From NCBI GenBank assembly GCA_027065635.1, contig JAMONQ010000090.1:1-39055 (forward strand): DNA of 39,055 nt, in the 5' to 3' direction. Source of the stretch: Campylobacterales bacterium. Its GTDB lineage: Bacteria; Campylobacterota; Campylobacteria; Campylobacterales; Hydrogenimonadaceae. Below the pieces are notes generated by a model that was not told the origin of the DNA, searched no databases, and was given only the letters and a program-made list of their open reading frames with translations. This document shows positions 9,634 through 17,877 of the stretch, piece by piece. The position numbers and the translations under genes were made by a program. Position 1 is the first letter of the stretch. Every line of letters starts with the position of its first letter.

Positions 9634-10001
9634 TACTTCGAGAGCTTATCGCCGGATACCCGGATTTCACGGTCATAGAGGCTATGCCTTTGCGCCGTTT
9701 CCCAACCGCGGAGCGAGCCGCACCAGTGCGGCGGGCCCGCTGGGAGAAGCGTTTAGTGAATGCGAACTGCTTCGCATTCATAGCTTCGCACGACGATCGT
9801 GCTGTGCCGTCGGCGCCACGACATGTCCGGACAAGCGAACACAGCGTTAGCGTAGCCGGTGGGGCTTTGCCGCAACGGCGTTTCCCAACCGCGGAGCGAG
9901 CCGCACCAGTGCGGCGGGCCCGCTGCCGAAGCGAACACAGCGTTAGCGTAGCCGGTGGGGCTTTGCCGCAACGGCGTTTCCCAATAATGGAGGGAGTCTA
10001 A
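9630..10001 (+). CDS. Possible repeat-derived 123-aa ORF overlapping the secD stop and the secF start
   Basis: ATG overlaps the secD stop (ATGA) and the stop overlaps the secF start (TAATG). The protein consists of repeated peptides ([16 protein letters not shown] x2, [18 protein letters not shown] x2). May not be translated. Confidence 0.3.
   Translation: MILRELIAGYPDFTVIEAMPLRRFPTAERAAPVRRARWEKRLVNANCFAFIASHDDRAVPSAPRHVRTSEHSVSVAGGALPQRRFPTAERAAPVRRARCRSEHSVSVAGGALPQRRFPIMEGV
9696..9984. repeat. REP/BIME-like mosaic of palindromic direct repeats (A-spacer-B-A-B)
   Basis: Identical 47-bp unit A at 9696-9742 and 9879-9925; identical 56-bp unit B at 9833-9888 and 9929-9984. Internal dyads: GCCGCAC-ca-GTGCGGC, GCGGGCCCGC, TGAATGCGAA-ctgc-TTCGCATTCA (9757-9780), GCACGA-cga-TCGTGC, TGTCCGGACA. 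Confidence 0.9.
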
Positions 10002-10972
10002 TGGAACTGTTCAAATACAAAAAACCGATCCCCCTGATGGCCAAATCGAAGATCTTTTTTACGATCTCGGTAATAGCCGTTTTGGCATCATACGTACTGA
10101 TCTTCACCAAGGGCTTCAATCTCGGTATCGATTTTGCCGGAGGTACGGTGGTTCAGGTGAAATACGAGGGGGAGGCTCCCATCAAGAAAGTGCGCGAAGC
10201 CATACGCTCCTCCAAAATATTCGAAGGTGCGTCGGTCAACTATTTCGGCAGCAAGGACGAGATCGTCATAAAAGTGCGCACCAGCAGTAAAAAACTCGGT
10301 ACAGATATAGGTGACGAGGCGCGTAAACTTCTGGAAAAGACAGGCAAGTTCGAAGTCAGACGCGTAGATATGGTCGGTCCGAAGGTCGGGAGCGAGCTTC
10401 GTGAAAAGGGTATCATGGCCCTTGTCCTGGCAATCGCCGGTATCCTGATATATGTCTCTTTCAGATTCGAGTGGCGTTTTGCTATAGCATCGGTAGTGGC
10501 GCTGATACACGATGTATCGATAGCCATGGGTGCCATCGTCCTTTTCAACATAGAGGTCAATCTCGATATTCTGGCGGCACTTTTGACTATCCTCGGTTAT
10601 TCGCTGAATGATACGATTATCGTTTTCGACCGGATCAGGGAGGGGCTTGTGACTGTGCGAAGTTCCAAGCTTGCGGATGTTATCGACGAGTCGGTTACAC
10701 GTACGCTTTCACGTACGACACTCACATCATTGACCACCTTTTTCGTCGTCTTGACACTCTTTTTGATGGGCGGTGAGATTATCAACGGATTCAGCTTTAC
10801 GCTGCTTGTCGGTATAGTGGTGGGTACATACAGCTCGATATTCATCGCGTCGCCACTGCTTATGATCATGAAGTTCAATGTAGAGAACTACCGGAAAAAG
10901 CTTGCGGAGAAGAAGCGCAAAGAGGAGGAGAAGGCCAGATTGCGCGCTATGTATGAGCAAGGTACTGTATAA
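10001..10972 (+). CDS. secF: Protein translocase subunit SecF
   Basis: LGIDFAGGT, VGPKVGSEL, RFEWRF, HDV, GYSLNDTIIVFDRIRE, TLSRT, GTYSSIFIA. Confidence 0.98.
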   Translation: MELFKYKKPIPLMAKSKIFFTISVIAVLASYVLIFTKGFNLGIDFAGGTVVQVKYEGEAPIKKVREAIRSSKIFEGASVNYFGSKDEIVIKVRTSSKKLGTDIGDEARKLLEKTGKFEVRRVDMVGPKVGSELREKGIMALVLAIAGILIYVSFRFEWRFAIASVVALIHDVSIAMGAIVLFNIEVNLDILAALLTILGYSLNDTIIVFDRIREGLVTVRSSKLADVIDESVTRTLSRTTLTSLTTFFVVLTLFLMGGEIINGFSFTLLVGIVVGTYSSIFIASPLLMIMKFNVENYRKKLAEKKRKEEEKARLRAMYEQGTV

Positions 10973-10979
10973 AACAGCG

Positions 10980-11012
10980 GGTATCGGCGAAACACCTCTT
11001 TGCGCCGATGCC
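10980..11012. other. Intergenic stem-loop between secF and leuS
   Basis: GGTATCGGCG (10980-10989) pairs with CGCCGATGCC (11003-11012), with one G-U pair; no U-tract follows. Confidence 0.5.
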
Positions 11013-11053
11013 GACAAACCTCTATCTATCCCAAAATATTGCGAGAAGTTCAA

Positions 11054-13498
11054 ATGAAATACAATCCTCATCAAATCGAGAAAAAGTGGCAGAAGTTCTG
11101 GGAGGAAAACTGCAGTTTCGAGCCTGCCGACGATAAAAGCGCTCCGAAGAAGTATGTTCTTAGTATGTTTCCGTATCCAAGCGGCAGGATCCATATGGGG
11201 CATGTAAGAAACTATGCGATAGGCGATGCCATAGCGAGATACTGGCGCAAAAACGGCCATAACGTGCTCCATCCGATAGGGTGGGACGCTTTCGGTATGC
11301 CGGCTGAGAATGCAGCTATTAAAAACGGGGTTCATCCGAAGAAGTGGACCTATGAAAATATCGCATATATGAGAAAGGAGTTGGCGGCGCTTGGACTCTC
11401 TTTCTCGAAAGATCGTGAATTCGCCACATGCGATCCTCTCTATACAAAATATGAACAGGCGTTCTTTATCGATATGTGGGAGAGGGGTCTGGTATACAGA
11501 AAGAAGGGTTATCTGAACTGGTGCCCACACGACCAGACGGTTTTGGCGAACGAGCAGGTAATAGACGGCTGCTGTTGGCGCTGCGACACTCCAATCGTGC
11601 AGAAGGAGATGTACCAGTACTACATAAAGATTACAGAGTATGCGGACGAACTGCTCGAAGATCTTGGCAGGCTCGAGGAGGGATGGCCCGCACAGGTTAT
11701 CGCTATGCAGCGCAACTGGATAGGCAAAAGCGTGGGGCTCGAGTTCTCCTTTAGGCTGGATAAGCAGAGCGCCAGAATGTGCGGCATAGAGAGCTTTGAA
11801 GTCTTTACGACACGGCCGGATACGATTTGCGGTGTAAGCTATGCGGCGGTGGCTCCCGAACACCCGATCGCCAAAGCGGCTATCGAAAGAGGCGTTGTAG
11901 ACAGTGCCGCTGCCGAGAAGATCGCACAGATGCAAAGGATGCCGGTACGTGAACGCAATATGGCCGAAAAAGAGGGAGTACCGCTGGGACTTTACGCCGT
12001 CCATCCGGTCACGGGCGAGAGGGTGCCGGTGTGGGTGGCGAATTTCGTTTTGATGGAGTACGGCAGCGGAGCGGTGATGGCGGTGCCCGCGCACGACAGT
12101 AGAGATTACGATTTCGCAAAGAGGTATGATCTGCCGATAAAGCCGGTGGTTTTTCCCGAAGACGGTGAGTTGCCTGAAGGAGAAGCCTTTGTAGAAGACG
12201 GCGTAGTAAAAGGATGCGACGGCTTTGACGGTCTGTTTGGTCAGGAGGCGAGGGATGCGATAATCTCGTGGTTTGAAGAGAAGGGTCTCGGCAAAAAAGT
12301 GATCAACTTCAGGCTCAAGGACTGGGGAGTGAGTCGACAGCGTTACTGGGGAGCGCCTATTCCCATGATCCACTGTCGTGAGTGTGGTGTTGTGCCGGAA
12401 AGAAAAGAGAATCTGCCGGTGACGCTGCCTGACGATGTGGAGATAACCGGAGAGGGAAATCCTCTCGACCGTCATGCTTCCTGGAAAGATACGGTGTGTC
12501 CAGAATGCGGCGGCAGTGCCGAAAGAGAGACAGACACGCTCGATACCTTCGTGCAGTCGAGCTGGTATTTTCTGCGATATACGACGCCGCGCAGGCTATG
12601 GGAGGAGACCGCTTTCACAAAAGAGGATGCCGGGTACTGGATGCCTGTGGATCAATATATCGGCGGCATAGAACACGCTATTTTGCACCTTCTGTATGCG
12701 CGTTTCTTTACGAAGGTACTAAGAGATCTCGGATACGTGAATGTCGATGAGCCGTTCAAAAGACTTCTTACGCAGGGTATGGTACTCAAAGATGGTGCCA
12801 AAATGAGCAAATCCAAAGGGAATGTGGTCGATCCGGACGCTCTGATAGAGAAGTATGGTGCGGATACCGCAAGACTCTTTATACTTTTTGCGGCACCTCC
12901 TACCCAGGAGCTGGAGTGGAACGACAGCGCGGTGGAAGGAGCCCATCGCTTCTTGAGAAAGCTTTACGACAGGGCAGGCAGAGTCGATGAGTGTACGAGA
13001 CTTCCCGAGATTGATCACTCGGCTTTGCAGAAGAGTGAAAAGGAGGCGAGAAGAAAGGTTTACGAAGCACTCAAAAAGGGTGAAGATGTATATAGGGAGC
13101 GCTTTACGTTCAATACTCTAATCGCCGCGGTGATGGAGGCGCTCAACGCACTTGACAAACAGCAAAATCCTCAGGTATGGCAAGAGGGAATGTGGATTTT
13201 GCTTAATCTTCTGGAGCCGATAGTTCCGCATATCTGCTGGGATTTGAGCGAGACTCTCTTTAAAAGGAACAATTTTGGCTTTATAGATATCGTCGAGGAG
13301 GTTTTCGAAGTCGATACGATTCAGATGGCGGTATCTGTAAACGGCAAACCGAGAGCACAGATCGAGGTCTCGGCCGATGCCGCAAAAGAGGAGATACTCG
13401 AAATAGCGAAGAGCTCCGTACCCAAGTGGCTCGAAGGCAAAAGTGTCGTCAAGGAGATCGTAGTACCGGGCAGGCTTGTCAATCTCGTAGTAAAGTAG
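11054..13498 (+). CDS. leuS: Leucine--tRNA ligase
   Basis: [13 protein letters not shown] (HIGH), FTTRPDT editing domain, [28 protein letters not shown] 11054 chosen. Confidence 0.98.
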   Translation: MKYNPHQIEKKWQKFWEENCSFEPADDKSAPKKYVLSMFPYPSGRIHMGHVRNYAIGDAIARYWRKNGHNVLHPIGWDAFGMPAENAAIKNGVHPKKWTYENIAYMRKELAALGLSFSKDREFATCDPLYTKYEQAFFIDMWERGLVYRKKGYLNWCPHDQTVLANEQVIDGCCWRCDTPIVQKEMYQYYIKITEYADELLEDLGRLEEGWPAQVIAMQRNWIGKSVGLEFSFRLDKQSARMCGIESFEVFTTRPDTICGVSYAAVAPEHPIAKAAIERGVVDSAAAEKIAQMQRMPVRERNMAEKEGVPLGLYAVHPVTGERVPVWVANFVLMEYGSGAVMAVPAHDSRDYDFAKRYDLPIKPVVFPEDGELPEGEAFVEDGVVKGCDGFDGLFGQEARDAIISWFEEKGLGKKVINFRLKDWGVSRQRYWGAPIPMIHCRECGVVPERKENLPVTLPDDVEITGEGNPLDRHASWKDTVCPECGGSAERETDTLDTFVQSSWYFLRYTTPRRLWEETAFTKEDAGYWMPVDQYIGGIEHAILHLLYARFFTKVLRDLGYVNVDEPFKRLLTQGMVLKDGAKMSKSKGNVVDPDALIEKYGADTARLFILFAAPPTQELEWNDSAVEGAHRFLRKLYDRAGRVDECTRLPEIDHSALQKSEKEARRKVYEALKKGEDVYRERFTFNTLIAAVMEALNALDKQQNPQVWQEGMWILLNLLEPIVPHICWDLSETLFKRNNFGFIDIVEEVFEVDTIQMAVSVNGKPRAQIEVSADAAKEEILEIAKSSVPKWLEGKSVVKEIVVPGRLVNLVVK

Positions 13499-13507
13499 AA
13501 GAGGAGT

Positions 13508-14050
13508 TTGGTTGTGAGAAGAGCGGATCGCGGTACTATACGGGCTGTTGCGCTTCTCATGATTTTCAGTTTTCTCTTTTCGGCGACTTTTTCCGGCTGC
13601 GGATACAAGCCGATGACGGCCTATACCAAGAGGGTGTTTACGGACAGGATCTATACGGAGGTAGAGGTCTATCTTCGCGATCCGGAGAATGCCGTTTTGG
13701 TAAAAGATGCGATGAACGAAGCAATAGTAAGCCGGTTCGGTGCCAAGATCGCGAAGAAAGAGGATGCGACGACCCGCCTGTGGATCAGATTCAAGTCGGT
13801 CTCCTTTTCACCGATACAGTATGATGCCAACGGATATGCCGTCTACTATCGGGCCAGGGTAAATCTTAATGTTCGCTATGCCTCTGCCGGTACAAAGGGC
13901 AAGGAGAGCGTTGTCGGCTTTTATGACTTCCCGATCGAGCCAAATGCCGTAATATCGGATGCCAAGCGTTTTGAAGCTATTCGTTACGGTGCACAAAAGG
14001 CACTCGATGCCTTTATATCACGTATGGCTGTACGAGGAGAGAGCCTATGA
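13508..14050 (+). CDS. lptE: LPS assembly lipoprotein LptE (start uncertain)
   Basis: Lipobox FSG-C followed by GYKP; conserved position immediately after leuS. Confidence 0.8.
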   Translation: MVVRRADRGTIRAVALLMIFSFLFSATFSGCGYKPMTAYTKRVFTDRIYTEVEVYLRDPENAVLVKDAMNEAIVSRFGAKIAKKEDATTRLWIRFKSVSFSPIQYDANGYAVYYRARVNLNVRYASAGTKGKESVVGFYDFPIEPNAVISDAKRFEAIRYGAQKALDAFISRMAVRGESL

Positions 14051-15597
14051 CAATACAGGAGATCATCAAGAAGACGTTGATGGAGGTAAAGTCCAAAGGC
14101 GAGAGTCTAACGCCTGATCTTTACAGCGAGCTCTTTTGCAAAGAGGCCAAAAAGGCCAATGTGATCGTAGAAGATTGCCAGAGGGTGGAAAAGTTTTTGA
14201 AAAGACTTCCGCCGGAGATTCAAAAAGATTTGAAAAAAAGGCATGTGACGACGGTCGATCAGCTCGTACAGTATCTTGCATCGCAGCTTTCGCGCAGCAC
14301 CATGAAAGATAGCGTGGAAGTGATAGAAGCGTATAAAATACTTGCGAAGCGTCTGCTTCAGGCCATCACTCTGCTTCACGACAAAGAGGCGGCACAAATG
14401 GCGGAGGAGGATCGACGAAGAGTCGACGAGCTGGATGATATCGCGAAGATCGATGCGATGAGAATGAGATGGAACCGGTTCGTAATGGAGTACAGTGATG
14501 CCTATCTGGAGAGGCTAGATCCATATTGCCGTGTGGATAAAAGCGATCTAAAAGCGATGGTGGACGGGATCGTAAACTGTTTCAGAAATATGGAAAGAGG
14601 CGGCACTCTTCAAAAAAGCGGCGGTCTTGAAGCGGTAGCGCAGCTCATGATAGCTTCATTGACTCCATCCATAGCGTCGGGAATGGACGATGAGCTGGCC
14701 ACCATAAGTTCTCAGATAAGATCGGATCCGGAACTGCTGACATCGGATGCCATGGTGCAGGATCTGAAGCATATGATCAAAAAGAGGATCGAACTCGATA
14801 AAAAGGCTGTCATTTCCCAGATAGGTGAGCTCGATTCTGTAATAGAGCATATAAATCTCGCTCTTACCAGGGTTATTGACTCGGGAGAGGGAAACAAAGA
14901 GGCTCTCGGGGTGATCCAGGGGGAGCTTGAAAGCGTAAACCTCAAAGCCGACTCTTTCGAAGTGATCCATGCGAAACTTCTCGCCATAGCGGCCTCACTC
15001 GAGAAAGAGACCATGGTGCTCAGCGAAGAGATGCACAAAAGCAGGGAACGCATAAGCGAGCTTCAGCAAAAGGTGAGAGTACTTGAAGCGGCTCTTCACA
15101 GGGAGCGCAAAAAGTCCTCTACCGATACACTGACAAAGCTCCCGAACAGAAGAGGACTCGATGAGAGTCTATCCAAGGTCGAAGCCGCCTTCAAGCGCTA
15201 CGGCGACAACTACTCGGTAGTCCTTTTCGATCTCGATAATTTCAAGGCGGTCAACGATACATACGGGCACGATGCGGGGGATATGATTTTGGCCTCTTTT
15301 GCGAAGCAGTTGCGACGCTACAGCAGGGAGCTCGATATAGTCGGGCGCTGGGGAGGCGAAGAGTTCATGGTCATTCTGCCCAAGACCGACAAGGAGGGGG
15401 CATACAGATTTGCCCAAAAGTTAAGAGAGGTCGTGCAAAAGAGCAAGTTTCTCTACAAGGATAGGCGAATACCGGTCACGGTGAGCGGCGGTGTGGCCGA
15501 TCGCGCATCCTATCCCGATCAGCAGGCTATGCTCAAAGCGGCTGACGAGAAACTATACGAAGCCAAAGAGGGCGGGCGTAACAAAATTGTCAAGTGA
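14047..15597 (+). CDS. Diguanylate cyclase (cytoplasmic, long helical/coiled-coil N-terminus)
   Basis: TDTLTKLPNRR, FDLDNFKAVNDTYGHDAGD, RELD I-site five residues before RWGGEEF, TVSGG, ADEKLYEAKEGGRN. Confidence 0.93.
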   Translation: MTIQEIIKKTLMEVKSKGESLTPDLYSELFCKEAKKANVIVEDCQRVEKFLKRLPPEIQKDLKKRHVTTVDQLVQYLASQLSRSTMKDSVEVIEAYKILAKRLLQAITLLHDKEAAQMAEEDRRRVDELDDIAKIDAMRMRWNRFVMEYSDAYLERLDPYCRVDKSDLKAMVDGIVNCFRNMERGGTLQKSGGLEAVAQLMIASLTPSIASGMDDELATISSQIRSDPELLTSDAMVQDLKHMIKKRIELDKKAVISQIGELDSVIEHINLALTRVIDSGEGNKEALGVIQGELESVNLKADSFEVIHAKLLAIAASLEKETMVLSEEMHKSRERISELQQKVRVLEAALHRERKKSSTDTLTKLPNRRGLDESLSKVEAAFKRYGDNYSVVLFDLDNFKAVNDTYGHDAGDMILASFAKQLRRYSRELDIVGRWGGEEFMVILPKTDKEGAYRFAQKLREVVQKSKFLYKDRRIPVTVSGGVADRASYPDQQAMLKAADEKLYEAKEGGRNKIVK

Positions 15598-15601
15598 GTC
15601 G

Positions 15602-16753
15602 ATGAGTCTGGATCACTTTTTGCGGAGCAAGCCGCTCTACTACGATAAAATCGATCTCAGTCGTATGCCTCGTGCATACAATCTCGTCAAAAAGTATCTG
15701 AATCCGGGCCGTATAATACATCTTGTAGGTACAAACGGGAAAGGGAGTACGGGCCGTATTCTTGCGGAGCTTCTGCGTAGCAGCGGATTTGAAGTAGGTC
15801 ACTACAGCTCTCCTCACATCCTTGAATTCAATGAACGTATATGGATTGACGGGCATGATATTTCAGACTCCGGTCTTGAAAGGGCTCACGAAAAACTGTA
15901 CGGTCTGCTTCCGGAAGAGGTCTCTGATTCGCTTAGCTACTTCGAGTACACCACACTGCTTGCGCTTGTAGCTTTCGAAGGTCTCGATTTCGTGGTTTTC
16001 GAAGCCGGACTCGGCGGAGAGTTCGATGCCACGTCCGTGGCAGAAAGAGAGCTTAGCGTCATAACTCCCATCGGACTCGATCACCAGGCCTTTTTGGGCG
16101 ATACGATAGAGGAGATAGCTTCCACGAAACTCCGCTGTATGGCACGCTGTACGGTGGTGGCACCGCAACCGGAAGAGAAGATCTACTCTATCGCCGACTC
16201 CATAGCCGCCCAGAGAGGGAGCAGGCTTGTATTCGTAAAGGATTTCGACGCACAGAGGATTAAGAAGATAGGCGAAGTCTGCAAAAAGAGAGGCTGGCCG
16301 AAGTTTCTCGCGCAAAACGCCGCCACGGCGATTGCGGCGGCGGAAGAGATTCTCGGCAAAAGAATAGATCCCGAAGCTCTTGAAGGGGTTGTGCTTCGAG
16401 GCCGTTTCGAAAAGGTGGCCCCTAACGTGATTTTGGATGTCGGTCACAACCTATTGGCGGCTGAAGCGGTTGCTGGGGCGCTCGAAGGAGAAAAACCTGT
16501 TTTGGTCTATAACGCTTTGGAGGACAAGGATGCGGAGGGAATTTTGAAAACTTTGGCACCCCATGTCTCGGGTCTTGAGCTGATCGATATAGAGAATGCC
16601 AGGGTTATGGATAAAAAAGCGGTGATCGCCGCTGCCGAAAGAGCGGGATTGAGCGTCGGCAGATTCGATGGAGTGAGGAAGGACAGGAACTATCTCGTAT
16701 TCGGTTCGTTTGCGGTGGCGGAGGCATTTTTGAAGCGAGAAAATGAAGCATAA
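15602..16753 (+). CDS. folC: Bifunctional folylpolyglutamate synthase/dihydrofolate synthase
   Basis: HLVGTNGKGST, YSSPHI, NERI, SYFE, EAGLGGEFDAT, LDH, GRFE, DVGHN. Start at ATG 15602 (MSLDHFL) is inferred. Confidence 0.94.
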   Translation: MSLDHFLRSKPLYYDKIDLSRMPRAYNLVKKYLNPGRIIHLVGTNGKGSTGRILAELLRSSGFEVGHYSSPHILEFNERIWIDGHDISDSGLERAHEKLYGLLPEEVSDSLSYFEYTTLLALVAFEGLDFVVFEAGLGGEFDATSVAERELSVITPIGLDHQAFLGDTIEEIASTKLRCMARCTVVAPQPEEKIYSIADSIAAQRGSRLVFVKDFDAQRIKKIGEVCKKRGWPKFLAQNAATAIAAAEEILGKRIDPEALEGVVLRGRFEKVAPNVILDVGHNLLAAEAVAGALEGEKPVLVYNALEDKDAEGILKTLAPHVSGLELIDIENARVMDKKAVIAAAERAGLSVGRFDGVRKDRNYLVFGSFAVAEAFLKRENEA

Positions 16754-17720
16754 GATACTTATAACGATAACAGATACCGAAAACTTCAGGCAGTTTAGTC
16801 TGGGGCAGATATTCAGGTGGGTTTTTGCAGCGTTTCTGCTTTTGGTCGTAGCGGCAGGAGCGGCGGCCTACTTCTACCTTGTCTGGCTCGAAGAGGCCTA
16901 CGAGGAAGCGAGACTCAGGCAAGCGGTGCTGGAGCGCAACGTCTCTATACTGAATGGAAAGATACTGGAGCGTCAGCAGGCACTCGATCGTCTCGGCGAT
17001 CGCCTCAATGATCTGGAGCTTTTTGTGGGGGAGAGTCCCGGAAAGGACTTCTCAACCTCTGTAAGGATCCAGAACGTTACACTTTCTGCGGCACAGCTTG
17101 CACTGCTTTTTTCTATCGTACCAAACGGCGAGCCGCTTCCGATGCAGGGAGTGACGAGCGCTTACGGATGGAGAAAACACCCTATCAAGGGCGGCAAGGA
17201 GTTTCATGCCGGAATAGATCTAAGGGCCAAGAACCAAAAGCCTGTCTGGACCACGGCCAACGGTGTTGTAGAGTATGCAGGATATCACAAGAGAAGCGGA
17301 TACGGCAACCTCGTCATAGTTGACCACGGTTTCGGCTTCAAGACCTACTACGGCCATCTGAAAAAGGTGAGTGTACGTACCGGTGATACGCTGATAAAAG
17401 GCGATCTGGTCGGAATCAGCGGAAACAGCGGATTGAGTACGGCTCCACACCTGCACTACGAAATACGTTTTCTCGCACGCCCTCTGAACCCTTATCCGTT
17501 TTTGAAATGGAAAAAAGAGAGCTACACATCAATATTCAAGAAGGTGAAAAAAGTACCATGGGAATCTTTCATCGCACTAATAAGTCATATGGCGGCGCAG
17601 GCTATACCTCCGTCATCGCTCCAGGAACCAGAGTCGAAGGATCGATCGTCAGCGACGGAGGGGTCCATATCGACGGAGAAGTCGAAGGAGACGTCATCGC
17701 CGAAAGCCACGTCATCGTAA
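16743..17720 (+). CDS. M23 family peptidoglycan endopeptidase (Csd1-like)
   Basis: TM helix and coiled coil, then HAGID (HxxxD), GYGN, YYGHL, GNSGLSTAPHLHYE (HxH). Confidence 0.92.
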   Translation: MKHKILITITDTENFRQFSLGQIFRWVFAAFLLLVVAAGAAAYFYLVWLEEAYEEARLRQAVLERNVSILNGKILERQQALDRLGDRLNDLELFVGESPGKDFSTSVRIQNVTLSAAQLALLFSIVPNGEPLPMQGVTSAYGWRKHPIKGGKEFHAGIDLRAKNQKPVWTTANGVVEYAGYHKRSGYGNLVIVDHGFGFKTYYGHLKKVSVRTGDTLIKGDLVGISGNSGLSTAPHLHYEIRFLARPLNPYPFLKWKKESYTSIFKKVKKVPWESFIALISHMAAQAIPPSSLQEPESKDRSSATEGSISTEKSKETSSPKATSS

Positions 17721-17872
17721 CAGCTTCGGGTGTCGTCCGCGGCAATGTCGAGGCCAGAGAAGTCTATGTAGGCGGACGTGTTTGCGGTGATATCTGGGCT
17801 ATAGAGCTCGAGCTTTACGAAGGTGCCGAATGCGGCGGTGAAATCGAAGCTATGCGTATCATGAAAGGATAG
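17558..17872 (+). CDS. Bactofilin (CcmA-like polymer-forming cytoskeletal protein)
   Basis: MGIF N-terminal membrane-targeting peptide, then SVIAPGTRVEGSI..VHIDGEVEGDV..G.V.G.V beta-helix repeats; adjacent to the M23 gene as in Helicobacter csd1-ccmA. Confidence 0.88.
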   Translation: MGIFHRTNKSYGGAGYTSVIAPGTRVEGSIVSDGGVHIDGEVEGDVIAESHVIVTASGVVRGNVEAREVYVGGRVCGDIWAIELELYEGAECGGEIEAMRIMKG

Positions 17873-17877
17873 AGGAT

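Noticed and set aside
9696-9984. CRISPR array
   Set aside because: Only two copies of each unit, the would-be spacers are themselves repeated or palindromic, and there are no cas genes in the window.
10973-11053. T-box riboswitch or intrinsic terminator before leuS
   Set aside because: The gap is only about 80 bp, has no UGGNACC T-box motif, and has no U-tract after the hairpin.
10727-12475. Long antisense ORFs (582 aa here; also 30089-31681, 21188-22294, 1570-2529, 8134-9009)
   Set aside because: They are shadows of well-supported genes on the opposite strand and have no recognisable motifs.
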